A stretch of DNA of 64,000 nucleotides from Lama guanicoe (Eukaryota): assembly GCA_013239625.1 (NCBI GenBank), contig MU054187.1:15038974-15102973 (forward strand). Direction: 5' to 3'. Below are positions 1 through 12,904 of the stretch, piece by piece. Position 1 is the first letter of the stretch. Every line of letters starts with the position of its first letter. The translations under genes were made by a program, and so were the position numbers. The notes beneath the pieces were generated by a model that saw only the letters and a list, made by a program, of their open reading frames with translations, searched no databases and was not told the origin of the DNA.

Positions 1-271
1 TAAAGGACTGGAAATCTATGAAATACTTGAATTCAGAATAATCCTCTTAAAGAAGTTCAGTGAATTACAGGAATACACATATAGGAAACTAAACAAAACT
101 AGGAGAATAACCCATGAACAAAATAGAAAGTTCAACAAAGAAATAGAAACCATAAAAAAATCAAAAAGAAATACAAGAGCTGAAGAACATAATGACAGCA
201 GATTCAACCAAGCAGAAGGAAAATTAATGAACTTGAAGATAGGTCATTTGAAATTATCCAGTCAGAGGTAC

Positions 272-314
<43 letters not shown>

Positions 315-540
315 GAAAAAGTGAAAAAAGACTACAGGAATCATGGGATACCATATATGACGTATCATTGGAATCCTAGAGGGAGAAGAGAAAGAGAAAA
401 AAACAGAAAGTCTAAAGCAATAATGGCTGAAAACTTCCAGAAACTGGGGAGAGCCGTGGACATCCAGATTCATGAACCCAAGCTCCCCAAATATATTGAA
501 CCCCAAAAGGCTACACTGAGACACATAATTAAATTGCTGT
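1..540 (+). mobile_element. LINE-1 ORF1 fragment, decayed, with an internal poly(A) run
   Basis: Colinear with the ORF1 of the L1 at 34.8-35.4 kb (e.g. gaattcagaataatcctcttaaagaagttcagtgaa; translation IMAENFQKLG..DIQIHE..TLRHIIKL). Stops abruptly near 540. Confidence 0.9.
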
Positions 541-1264
541 AACCAGAACATTTCACATAAACGACCCAGGATACCTGTTTGGTCATCTTTGCAAAGTTTT
601 CTAAATCCTTTCTATCTAGTAAGAAGTTTTCATTAGCTACTCTGCTAAGACTGTCTATTCTCTACTTACTCATTCAAGAGGCACTCTCTGAGGGGAGAAC
701 AAATATTTCCCTTACCAATTCAGGAAACTGCACATAATGTAAGTGAAAGGAAAAAGGCAGATTTTATCAAACCTATTTTGTTTCTCAAAGGGCCACTGTA
801 TCAAATAAAAAGACATATGTTTCATTCTATTTTCCCTTCCTTTCACTCCCCCTCTCTCATTTCCTCACGTGCAGTCTCCTGTTTGTTTCTGAATAGGATT
901 TATGGTGGCTTACCATGGCACACAAAATACAGCAAAGTGACATATTTAGGAGTGAAGAAGAAGAGGACATTAATCATAGGAAGAAAGGAAAATACCTCAT
1001 GGATTAAATACTTCAGAGGAGAAGCCTAGGACCAATTTATAAATTGCTTGATAAATACTCGAACAATACTAGCTATGATGGCAGCATGCTCATTTTAAAA
1101 TGAATACGGAGTATTGATATTCAAAACATATCTTGGAAAATTGAACTTCCGAGCACATATGCACATGTATCATTATCCACATGGTGGTGTGTTTATTTTC
1201 TAACTTCTCCTTGCTGAACTGCAAGCTGTGCTAGGGTAGGACTTTGACATATTTATAAATGAAG

Positions 1265-1662
1265 CCATGCTGGTGTTCCATCCATATTTCAAAGGACTTA
1301 TTCCTTCACGGCACACCAGTTGATTTCAATTGCTTTGCCTAATAATTTTTTTAAGCTGAGGAAAGCCACTTTGCTCATGCAGGGGAATTAGTGCCACTTC
1401 AAATTTCCCAGCACGCCTCCACCAAAACTAACCATAGTTGATGTATAAATATCTCAGTTCCCTCACCCCTCAGGCAGCGTAATTCCATGGTGTGTGTCTT
1501 CCAGAGTCTCCTCTGGAGCCTAAGCTCCAGTCACCCACAGTAGTAGTTGGTGTGCTTTTATTGGCTGCTTTCTTCTCTCACTTTCCCACTCCTTAACCAA
1601 ATAAATGGCTCAAATATGAACTCTTGTTAAGCATCTGCTTTTGGGGGAACCTAATTAAAACA
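1265..1662 (+). mobile_element. ERVL LTR16-like solo LTR, old
   Basis: 3' end gcatctgcttttgggggaacctaattaaaaca and internal aagctccagtcacccacagtagtag...tttattggctgctttctt resemble the LTR16 consensus as I recall it. Confidence 0.65.
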
Positions 1663-3444
1663 CCAGTTATATCCTCAGAGTCTTCATATCAGGACCTAAC
1701 ACAAATGATCGACTGAATGATATAATTTAAGACAAGTTTATTGTTTTAAATTATAAAATCGTATTTACTGCTATCCTCTAGAAAGATGTTTTTAATGCAG
1801 AGGATTAGGATATTGAACTCCTAAGCTGATTTCCAAACTTCCTGTGGGGAAGGGGGCTGAGGCAGTGGTCTGTCTGAGGTCCTGTGTGATGAGGTAGGGC
1901 ACTGTAGCCTCTGAGGTTGGAAGTACCCTTTACTCACTGTCTTTACTAACAAAGGAGGCAACGAAACCTTGCATCTTTGAGGTCTGCTCCATCCTTGAGT
2001 TAAGGGAAAATCATTTTCCAGCAGTTAAGGTCCCTTTTTAGCATTCTAATGAACTTATTCTTATTTTCAAGGCACATCGTATGAGGATACTTTGATCAAT
2101 CACCCACGCCAGAGTACTGGTTGGAGTTTTTCCTTCTTCCGCCCTGGAGGGCTGTGATAAATAGCCACGTCAGCAGCTTAGAAAACTAATTTCCCATCAC
2201 CTCTGCCTGCAGCTTAGTGCTTGAAGCAAATCCTCAGCACCCAGCTGCCTGCCTCCCTTTTCTGGTGCTACATCTGGATGTTTAGGTCCTCAGTGGTACC
2301 AGGCACATAAAAATGCAGATTCCTGGCTTCTCCTGAAAATAATCAGGGGACAGTAATTCTAAGCCTGCAATCCTGTGTGGAACTAGTTGGCTGGAACTGT
2401 GTAATTACTCTTGTTTAGATGGGGCTCTTATTCTCCAGTTTCCTAACTTGCCTGCTTCTTTCATTTTTGTCTCCTGCCTGTCATTTAAACTTGTGATTCC
2501 TGGTGGCTTCTTCAAGCTCTCTTGTTCTGTTGTGTATCCTCTGTGCTGAAGACTAGGAAGCCTGGGGGAAAGGATGAGCCATCCCCTGCCTACTGCCTTC
2601 ATCCTCTCTAATGAAGATCACTCTCTGCAGTTAAACATGATCTCAACTTGAGACCTATGCCAAGGCTTAGAGTTTCAATGTAAAAAGGTAGGGGCTGTGG
2701 GAGTCAACTAAAAGACCGGATGACACAGAATATGAGACATTCGAAAGATAGGTCACACTCTTTTAATTACAGAAAGATGTCATAGTTTGAAGGCCAATCC
2801 CACACCTGCCTATGTGGAACACAAAGCACTCTTTCAGAACTGGCAAACTCTTGCCTTTCTTAATAAAAACTCCAAATTCAGGTCAACTATATCTTTTAAG
2901 TCAAAGAAAAGCCAGCTGTCTCCAAGTCCACCCAGGGGACTGCATGCTAGTCAAACCACAGGTTCAACCGAGTTGATTCATGAATACCTCATTTCTCTTT
3001 GTTTTATTTTAATGAAACAAGTTTACTCTCTATCTTATAATTTTAAGATACTCTCAAATCTTATTTGAGCTCCTTCTTCAGCTTAGTGAAGGACTGTTTT
3101 TCTACAAGCTAGAAACACATATTTTCACCAATGTTGCCAGTTCACTGGATCAAAGAATGTCGTAGACTCAGAGTAGCTGGATTTTGCAACGCTCTCCCAG
3201 CATCTCCCATGATGAATTTTAGGACAAGAAACAACTGGATGATGGGATAGGGAGGCACATTAGTACTTACTGAATAGCTGCTCTGGAAACGTGCTGATAA
3301 ACTTATATTAACTAAGAGGAAGATCTTAATAGAAGTTTCCTTAGCATTGTCATATTTATTATGTTTTTTATAACATCATTGTGATGTATTTTACATAACA
3401 TGATCATTATTTTTCATTAGTGAATTAACAGAGCACCAGTGTTT

Positions 3445-4880
3445 CCTGCAGGGGAATTCTACACACATCTGGTGCCACAGTGTTTTTCACACCTGGTGAC
3501 CTGTTTTTAGTACCTGCAACCCAGGGGATGCCCCTTAATTGCTTGGCTCTAGAGGCCAGGGCGGTTTATATCCCTGGGTCCCATGGTGTAACTGAGCAGG
3601 ACCCTTCCTGGGACAGCCCCCTCCCCCATATCGTCTGCTTTAGCTCCTCCTGACGTACCTAGATAATAGTATCTGCTGCATATTTCCCAAGTTTTTCAGG
3701 TGCTTAAACCCCCACGAAATGGAAGAAATTAACTACTTGATGGTCATGAGCATGTAGCCATCAGACTTCCTGACACCTAAGGACTGAGCACCATCAGTCA
3801 GTTGGAGAACTGTGCACAGGTGATCACACCCCCTGGGATTCCCCTCCCTCACCTTGCCTTTGAGAATGTTTGGCTGAAACCCTTTGGGGAGTTCGAGGTT
3901 TTAGAGCACGAGCCGCCCGTGCTCCTTGTATCAGTGCCTTTACGATAAATGCTGCACTTTCCTTCACCATAACCCGGTGCCAGTGGATTGGTTTTGCTGT
4001 GCACGGGCAAGCAGACCCAAGTCTGGTGTGATAACAATGGGAGTGTAACAATCAAAGAGATAATTCTTGGCAGACTCCCACTCCCAGGGCACTGCAGACT
4101 GCTTCTGTTTTATGAAGAGGACACTTCTATGAGGCTCCCAGCTTAGAGTGCTTTGTTCAAAAATATCCAGCCCAGAGGCCCCATTTCCTATGTCCAGAGG
4201 GTTATTAAAATCCCATCCACCAGAGAGTGAGGTCAACATCATTGTGGTGTGAGACACTCCCTTTGCCTCTCCCTTTCAATCTACAACCAGTAAAACATCC
4301 ATTACTCGACAAAGGTGCTTGTGTCCAGCACACCAGGACACCGGAGGACGCCATATACTTGTACATCTAAAGGTAGGTGACCTGGAACACAGAGGTGGCG
4401 GAAAGGGGGGAACATCAGAGGCAGTGCCTGCCATCCCGGAACCCCGGCCACAGCAGCCGAGCCTGCACCCCCAGAGAACCTGGTAGCATGAGGGGAGACA
4501 GTGCATGCAACACTGGCCTCCTGGCCGCTGTGGCATCCGTGGCCACAGAGAAGTGGATGGCAGTGGTAGTGAGGCTGTAACACTTTTCTTCAGCTGCAGA
4601 AATGCCTGTGTCTCTGGTACATCCCCCTGCCCATCTCTGCTCAGCAGTGGTGCCTGTGAACGTGACAACTCCAGCCGTGGCAAAAACACCCATGACCCCA
4701 GTTTCCCTGCACCCCTCTTTCCTTGCACAACAGAGTCTGCCACCCAGGGGGCCCTGGACGCAGTGGAATTTCCCCCAATCCCGGTACTCCAGACAGTGAT
4801 GACAGCAAGGCACCAATGACCCTGGAGTCACCAGCAGTGACATCTAGGACACTGGGTGGCACCTCTGGCTTAGGCAGTGG
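3445..4880 (+). mobile_element. L1 5'UTR-like sequence, interrupted by a solo LTR and not followed by ORF1
   Basis: ggggatgccccttaattgcttggctctagaggccagggc...cctgggtcccatgg resumes after the LTR as gagtgtaacaatcaaagagataattcttggcag...cccagggcactgca. This resembles Laurasiatherian L1 5'UTRs. A GC-rich region with repeated cacc..tgacccc-type motifs follows. Confidence 0.6.
3587..4036 (+). mobile_element. ERV1-class solo LTR, 450 bp
   Basis: Starts TGTAAC and ends ATAACA. Perfect 4-bp TSD ATGG at 3583-3586 and 4037-4040. Degenerate poly(A) signal GATAAA at 3944-3949. The 3' half is homologous to the LTR at 43051-43686. Confidence 0.9.
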
Positions 4881-4944
4881 AGGGTAGAAAGTGCTGCTTC
4901 TCAAATATAACCAGAAGTAGCTCAGCTAAGGGAAACCAGAAGGT

Positions 4945-5440
4945 TTCTAGCCACTGCCATTGTGAAATGTCCAACTTGCCAGCAATAAGAGACCTTCCTC
5001 AACCCCCAAAATGGCAGCATTCCTTAAGGGGACCAGTTGAACCCTGACAACAAGTGGACTACTATGGAGCCTTTCATTCTGGAAGAGTTAATGATTTGTC
5101 CTCATAGAAATAGGTGCACATCCAGGTGTGGCATTCTCTTTCCTGCACCATTAACTGAAGATTTACAGAGCACTTGACCCACCAGCATGGGATCCCACAT
5201 AACATTTCTTTGGACCAGGGCACCCACTTTACAAAAAAGCAGGTACAGGGATGGAGTGGACTCACAACCACAAGATTCACTTGTTACATCACGTACCACA
5301 CCACCCAGTGGTTGTTGGCAGCAGAGAGGTTTGTCATGGTTTTCCGAAAGCACAGCTGGAGCGCCAGCTTGGCGGCATGTTATGTGGAGGTGGGGCAACT
5401 TCCTCCAGGATGCCAGACAGACATTGGTATACGTGTTAGA
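4945..5440 (+). pseudogene. ERVL/MaLR internal-region integrase remnant with frameshifts and stops
   Basis: Across frames: CPTCQQ* (zinc-finger CxxC, from 4968), QVDY (5051-5062), HGIPHNISLDQGTHFT (Asp codon 5213-5215), HHVPHHP, KAQLERQLGG, WGNFLQDA. These are hallmark ERVL integrase motifs. Confidence 0.85.
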
Positions 5441-6234
5441 ATTAAGATCTTTATCTGAATGCATAATTCTTGTTGGTATTCCTTTCCTTTTCTTGGTTTT
5501 GGGTAAGATTAGAGATGAACTTAACAGTATACTTTATAGCAAAGCACAGAGTTATGCCAAACGTAACAAGTGGAACAGTTACAGTCTACAAATCAGTCCA
5601 TTCACTGGAAATCCATTTTCTACTTTGATTTGTATAAAAAGAAAGGTTGGAAAAGAACCTAGCCCTGGACAATATAGCTGTGGACAACATAATTATTTTT
5701 ACCAACTGACTGCTCTTGCTGATTCAATGGTAGGTACCTCGTAGAACTGAAAGTATGTCTATGGCTTCCTGGTTCCCTTAAAGTCTTCTGTTGCTCCCCT
5801 GGCCTTTGGAGGGTTTCCGCATAACGTGCTATTAACTGATGCTAATGATCTAAATCTCTCTACAGTGCAATTTACTAGCTGGATCAAAAACAATAAAGGT
5901 GTTTTGTGTTCAGATTTAAAGTTTTATTTGGAAACAATGCATCAACTTTTCTTTTACCACACTTGTTAAGGCTGTGTTGAAAATAACATTGTTTTGCCAA
6001 GGTCTCCCTCAAGACAAGTGAGCGCTTCATTCACTGATTTTATTACTTTTGATTAAACTTGAGGCTCTGTCAAAAACTTCTTGTCTGTAAACTGTATTTT
6101 TTTTTAAAATCCAGATTTCACATTGGGAAAATCGCTTACTCTATGTAACCACTTTTTAAAATGCTTCTGTTTCATTTCATATTGAAATTCTACTTTAATT
6201 ACGGGAAGAGACTTGCTTTCCAAAACTCCGCTTG

Positions 6235-6335
6235 CCTGACAGGACTATAGTCTCTATGCTTTTTTGTTATTTATGTACAAACTGCTCCCATACACTAGTG
6301 GCTGACTGTGCATAGTAAAAGTTAAATAATGAATT
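6235..6335 (+). mobile_element. L2 3'-end fragment
   Basis: acactagtggctgactgtgcatagtaaaagttaaataatgaatta resembles a decayed L2 terminus. Confidence 0.4.
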
Positions 6336-7364
6336 AGTGCAATTATCCAGCACATTTACATTAACTATTGGGATAAAAGCCCAGACAGTTTGGCCTGAAT
6401 ACTTAACAATGATCTCCTGAACTGCCCAAACCCAGGGGACGTTTCCTCAATTTTCCATATCATAGAGGCAAAAATTCTAATATTAAAGATCAAGATGTTT
6501 AGAGACAGGCAATGACTAGTTGAAAACGATCAGGTACCCAGGTTGGGGTGCAGTCCCCTTCAGATTCCGAGCCAGCCCTCCTGACTCCTTTATTCCTTCT
6601 ATGTGGATGAATCACCCCACTCTTCTCTCTCTGCACTGCCATAACCTGATGGCTGGCAGTGGATAGGGGGCCAACTCCATATCCCCCGATGCCCTCTCAC
6701 AATCTCTCTCCATTACTAGGCTTTCTAAACCTTAGAGTTTTGGAGAATACATTTATATTGAGTACTTAAAGGAGTGCTAGACAATTTGATTTATTTAGAT
6801 TGGAAATATATAGTACTATACCTTTAAAAAGAAAAGGCAATTGCTTTAACTGTATATGCACTAAATGGCTTAACTACAAATCTGGGTTTTTTTTTTCTGC
6901 AGTTTGAATGAAGTAAAAGTATTTGAAGGTGTTGGTGAGAAATAGTTAACATGGGTGAAGTGGCAGTGAATTCCATTGTGTGTCTAACGTATGTCCAATT
7001 TTTGTTTCAGAAAATAAGTTATTTTTGATTAGCTGCAGTGCAATTTTATTTAGTTATTGATACTGCTACCAAGAAGAGACACAGTGATTCCTCTGTCAGC
7101 TCCCAGTGACTGGTAGTGAGTTATTTCGCATAGGAAGACTTTGAGGCTGTATCTGGATTTGGGGGGTGGGGGAAGTGTTGTTAATGACTAGTCATGTTTA
7201 AAAAAAGGCATAGAATAGAGAGATTATTTGTGACACTTACTTACAATCTCTGGCTTAGATCAACCATGCACTCCGTTCTTTCCCGATCATTTCAATTTCC
7301 GTGTTACAGCAACTAACCAGTGCTTCTGTATGTCTGAAATCTAGTGGCTTTAATAGCATTCTAT

Positions 7365-7560
7365 GCTGTAGTGGGAAGAACAGGTAGTTTGGATTTGAAT
7401 TTCAGCTTCCCTAAGGACTAGCATGAACATGAACAAGTTAGTTAACTTTCACGAGTCTCAGTTTAAACATCTACAAGAAGGGCGTAACTATACCTACGTT
7501 CTATGGCTTTGTGAGAATTAAAAATTGATAACTGAAAATTACAAGTAAAAAGCTAGCACT
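7365..7560 (+). mobile_element. MIR SINE
   Basis: Core acaagttagttaactttcacgagtctcagtttaaacatctacaag...tacctacgttctatggctttgtgagaattaaa. Confidence 0.75.
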
Positions 7561-8444
7561 TCATCTGAAATCATTTAGATTCTTTCTTCCCAGCCAGTTC
7601 CTATGCGTACTGAGGGAATATAATGGCATTAATAATGAATAGGGAATATAATGACATTAATACTGGTTTTAAATGGAATTTTCTTGGGAAAATAAATCTG
7701 TTAGATACCCATCCATTTATACTGTCATCCATTCTAAAGAATAATATACATGATGTTTAAATATTGGCCCAACTCTTCACATGCATTAAGCTAGACAACT
7801 GAGAACGCTCTATTTAATTTGTATGCAACACTTATGTGACTTTGCAAAATTGATGTGCAAAGATATCTTATATATTCACTCATGTTGTGAAAACATCTTG
7901 AGAGATAAAAGTACAGACACCATTTAAACAGGTTAACAGAAAATAAAGTGTATAATATATAATATAAGCATATAATATTATAGATTTATTTTAGCAGTTC
8001 TACTCAATATGAGTTTTAGCCAAGACAATGCAGAGCTGATCTTTGTCGCATATGCAGCTTTTTGTTTTGCTGGTCATACAAGTGAGTTCTATTCTCAGAA
8101 CTGCAGCCTGAAAAAAACAAAACAAAACAAAAAAACCCACCAAAAACCAAAAACAGAAATGCAGCCTGTCCTAGCTCGCCCTCTACTGGTTCATGGCTTT
8201 GGTGCACCAGCACTAGGTTGGAAGGGAAGACCTGACAGAAGGGAGGGTTTCTCACTGTTTGTGGATTTCATTAGAAGGAAAGCACATAAAGAAATGCACA
8301 CAGATTATATTTTAGATGCCTGCCTTCTAGGGTCTTGTCTCACAGACACTATTGGCTCTGTGAATTGACTGTTCCAAAATTTTGTACTACTTGTAAACAC
8401 TCACAGCCAGGAAATCCTCATTTTGTTCCTACAGCTAACACACA

Positions 8445-8960
8445 CATCCATGGAGTCTGCACGGTGCTTAGGTACAGCTTGAGAAAAGGAAGACAGACAG
8501 ACAAAACCTCTGCCTTCGTGGAGGATCTGGCTTATATTCTGCTTACAGAGCCAAACAAGAAACAAGTGAGCTTAACTTCAGACAGAGACAGCTGAAGAGA
8601 ACACAGTCGTGAGACAGCAGTTTTCTGGGTGGGTGGCCTGGGTGCTGTGATAGGTGGTCAAGGAAGACCTCTCAGAAGAGGTGAATGCGGGAGAAGAGGC
8701 TAGAATTAAGTTGGAAGAGGTTGACAGGGGTCAGGTGGCTACAGGGCCTGGAGATCATTGTGAGGATTTTTTTTCCCTTTGTGTATTGGGAAGTCACTTG
8801 AAGTTTTAAATAGAGGAGTGCTGCTATTCAATTTATATTTTAAAAATGTGATGCTGTTTTGTGGGAAACAGACTTTGGGGCAGCAAGAGTGGAAGTCTAG
8901 CACTCACAGCGACCCAGGCTGGAGGCGATAATGGGATGGTCGTGGTGAAGATGGTGAACA
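8445..8960 (-). mobile_element. L2 LINE 3' fragment
   Basis: Purine-rich antisense L2 motifs: agacaaaacctctgccttcgtggag, ggaagacctctcagaagaggtga, ttgggaagtcacttgaagttttaaatagaggagtg. Confidence 0.7.
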
Positions 8961-8984
8961 AGGTTGCCTTTCCACGTAGCTTTT

Positions 8985-9400
8985 CTTCTCCCTTTGGCAG
9001 TCTGGTGAAGCTTATAAAAACTTTTTAGGAGTAATGGTTTAAAATACATAACATGCAATACTAAACAAATCAACTGTATTAAAATGTTATCAAAACATTA
9101 AAAATAAAATTTGTGAAATATTAATATATGTCCAACTTTAGTCAGACATTAAATAAGAATTAGTAGTGAGTCTGATAACTACTGTAATTTCAAGGTAGTG
9201 ATAAACAGAAACATCAATCCAACAGCTGAAATAACAGTAGTTAAGATATGAAAATACTTGTAAGATGTCTTTGGATGATGACATCAAAGGCATTGATGTT
9301 ATGCTGACTACATTCATAATGGAAGGAATGTTAAATTTCAGTTAGAGGATACTGAAAATAAAGATGTAATATTTGCCCCTTCAAGCTTACTGACCTGTTG
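8985..9400. mobile_element. hAT-Charlie DNA transposon remnant (Charlie4-like)
   Basis: ccctttggcagtctggtgaagc near one end and aaatttcagttagaggatactgaaaataaagatgtaatattt near the other resemble the Charlie4 consensus as I recall it. Confidence 0.65.
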
Positions 9401-11144
9401 CTTTAATGGTAGAGGTGACAGGAATGGATTGTGAATTAACTTTGGAAAATAAAGAGGTGAGAAGAGAAAGGACCTAGGGATAGAGGATGGCATAATTGAG
9501 GTGTGTAAACTCTGTGCAGACGTGACTGATATAAAAGTGACCGTGGCTGGGCTCAGGACAGAAACCTGTTTGTCCAGTTATGTGAGTGTGTGGAAATTCC
9601 ATTCCTTGAACTGAACATAGGTAAATAGGCAAATTTAAAAGAAAGTTATTTTAAAATGTGCTTCAGCCATACCATAACAGGTCTTTCTGCATGGCAAGTG
9701 CTAATTTTTGTGCACAGTTTAATTCATAAGGATTATTACCCCAATTGGAAAGGCATAAAATAACACTGTGTAGTTTGGCAAGTAGACCAAAGGCTGCCAA
9801 GAAATTGAAACATAAGAAGTCACTAAGCAAAACAAAGAACAATGACAAAAAAGCAAATCAATAAGTCTTTTGTTATTTATTTTTAAATTGTAGATACTTG
9901 GGAAGAGAGAGATGGTATAATAAAGTTCATGATTACAGTAATTAAAATGAAAGCTGTTGCTTGTGCAGTTCAGGGAATACTGTCCTCTCATATTTGGGCT
10001 GCCTCGTGTCAAGACATAGCAAGGATACAATAAATGAATTGCAATTTTCCTTAAAATCTCTTCAGCTGGTTCAGTTAGCTTAAATTACTTCTTCCTTGTC
10101 TCAAGATAAAGAAACCAAAGACTGCCACTAGAAAATAGACACGCCCCCTTGTTCAACATGACTAGGAGGGTTAAATAATTAGAACACTAAAGGACAGAGA
10201 CAATTTTCCCAGAAGAATGAACTACTGTTTCCACAAGAGGAGAGATTGTTCTTACTTTTGGAAATTATGCTTGCAAGGTTAATGACTCTGGCAAAAGGAT
10301 ATTTAAACTAACCTTTGCTTTCTAAATTAATTATGAATTAAAATTTCACATGGGTTGAAGGTTTCTGGGTTAATATAATTAGAAGGTAATATAAAATCTT
10401 AACCTAAAAATATTCCCGGTAATCTCCACTTAAAAGTCATTTAGGCTGTCTTTGTGGTTGGATGAAAAGTTATTGCAACAGGAATTACATATGCTCAGCC
10501 AAAAGCAATGTACCTTTACTGTCTTCAGAGCCCAGTGAGTTCAAAACATATTAAGTTGGGACAATGATGAAGTATCTCTATGGTAAGTAGTTGCGAGAGG
10601 CAAAGCTATGTTAATTTTTTTTTGCATCAGCTAGTGCATCTTACTTCATAGAGATGTTGTTGAAGAATGAAGTATTGTAAAAAGAACAAGAATAGTCACG
10701 TTCTGTCCTTTAGCCATTTGAAGGTAAGATTTTATAAGATTCTTCTCTTTTCCACGTGAAATTTTATACTCTAGCCAACTTGTGAATACATGCTACTACG
10801 TGTTCATTATTTTTTTTTACATCTAACAAGAGCTGTCAAAAAACTTTTCATTATTCAATGAACTGTATTTTTTCAATAAGATGTTTTCCTTCCTTTCTTC
10901 AAATATACTGCCTGTAAGCACAAAGCAAAAGGTCAACTCACCAAAAAAAGTGATGATATTGAAAATGATGTTTTACTTTTGGAGAATGAGTTTTGGGTCT
11001 ATATACGGGAATATGAGTTCTTTTAAGTCTGTAAGTTTGTTCCTACCCCAGGTGCCTTCTAGCTGCTCAATCTAACTCTTTATTCTTTTTCTTTACTCTC
11101 CTAAACTTTAACCAGTGTGTGTTTTATTTTCTTAAAGTATTCTA

Positions 11145-11390
11145 ACATAGTAGTTAAGAGTATGGGTCTAAAAGATACCATATTTAGACACAGACCTGGA
11201 TGCAAATTTTAGTTTCATCATTTAAAAAGTTCCAGGATGTTAGGCAAGTTACTCAACTTCTCTAATCCTCAACTCATTTAACTATAAAGTGGAGATTATA
11301 CCTATATCTTAGGGGTTTGGGGAGGAGTAAGCAAGAAAAAAATATGAATTAAGAGTGACTGATACTTAATAATTTCTCAACAAATGGTAG
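11145..11390 (+). mobile_element. MIR SINE
   Basis: catagtagttaagagtatgggtct...ttaggcaagttactcaacttctctaatcctca...ctcaacaaatggtag. Confidence 0.75.
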
Positions 11391-12904
11391 GTTATATCGA
11401 GCGCCTATTCTCCATTAGATAACAGGTAATTGCAGCGGGTATTCCTGATGCTAATGTGTTAGAGGAAAATTACTGCTCCCACCATGGTTCCTGAAGAAAC
11501 TGCCAAGGTCCCCAGTTTTGGTTTCTCCCTAATAGGTAATACTTATAACTTGTTGGTTTGTAGCATATTTCAGTCAATTGTTCTATGACACATATTCTCT
11601 CACTTGATCTTGTTTAAATTTAAAGCACACGGGCTCCCTTCACACTGGAAGTTAAATCATAGGTTGAGAAGGAACATTTTAGTATCTTATCACCTTTTTC
11701 TAAGTGATCAGAAAAAGTAAAGGAAGTTAGAAAGAGGAACAGGCCTCACAGAATAGTTACAGGTAAGAAAAAAAAGATTGCAAACCATATCAGGGACTGC
11801 TCCCTTGCCAAAAGAGATGCATAGGGGATGGCTTCAGATGAGATGAGGCAGGTGTTAGGAATAAAGTAAATGATATAAACTCTAAGAGTGGGGCAATGGA
11901 TGCTGTGTATGGAAAAATGTGGAATAGAATTGAGAACAGATGGCTTACTTTGAAAGAATACCTCTGTGCAGGCCAAGGGAGGAAACTGCGCCTCATCCAG
12001 AAATTCAAAGGCTGTTTGAGATGGCTTAGCTAAAAGGAGAATTCAGTGTCACAACTGAGTTGAGTAATATACTGGCAAATTTTAGGTGTGAAGGTAAATG
12101 AGAGAGTTAGAGGGACTAGGTCCAAATCTTCTGTTATTTCCTAGGATATTTTTCTGGGGCAGTAAGGCAGACATATACCTGTTATTAATGAAAAAAAATA
12201 TTATTCATTCAACAAATATTGATTAAGAAATTCAAAAGTTGTTACTATGTTGGCCCTAGAGGTCATCTAGTGGGAAGTGGGCAAGGGTAGAGTTTAAATA
12301 TGCTGGGAGGTTTTGTAAGGGAGGCAATCTTTTCTCTGATTGCCCAGGTTTAGAACGGTAAAGGTAGGAGAAAAGATTCAGAAAGCAGAAATAATGAAAA
12401 TAGTTTCTGATTATCTGTATAAATCCTTTGCAAGGGAAGATAGCTGGTGGACTATAGGTACAATGGGAAAAAGTCTCATCACATTAGGAAAGGATGAAAG
12501 TGTGAATTTAAAAGAGTGACGGTATGAGATGAAAGACACAATAAGAAAGCAACTTAAAATGGTGGCAGAAGAAATGGAGAAAAAGAATTGCGTGCAGGAG
12601 GAGGAGAAAGTACATGTGAGAATAGGTCAGGCTGTCCCCTGAAAGAGTCTTTAAAAGGGATGGGAAAGAGCTCCAGGTGACAGTTTTCTAGTCCTGGCTG
12701 TTTGCCTAAAGTCAAAAAGTCTAAGGAAGTGGCCCATTTCACTCTCCCTTCACAATGGGTATTGTGTAGATGAAAGGGTGAATGGAATGAGAAACCCTAA
12801 ATGTAGAAAAACTGATGTTTGCACTAAGGGAATTTGCAGATATAAGACAAAACTGGGGAAAAAAACTAAGGGGAAGTTTGATGATGGAGATTAAATGAAA
12901 CAAA

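Noticed and set aside
4276..4904. Cluster of overlapping 65-155 aa ORFs on both strands
   Set aside because: They lie in GC-rich L1 5'UTR-like sequence where stop codons are rare. I see no recognisable domain or splice structure.
5187..5744. Longest ORF in the track (185 aa) as a gene or domesticated integrase
   Set aside because: It is mostly out of frame with the integrase motifs and runs into unrelated AT-rich sequence. The catalytic motifs are split across frames and there is an upstream stop.
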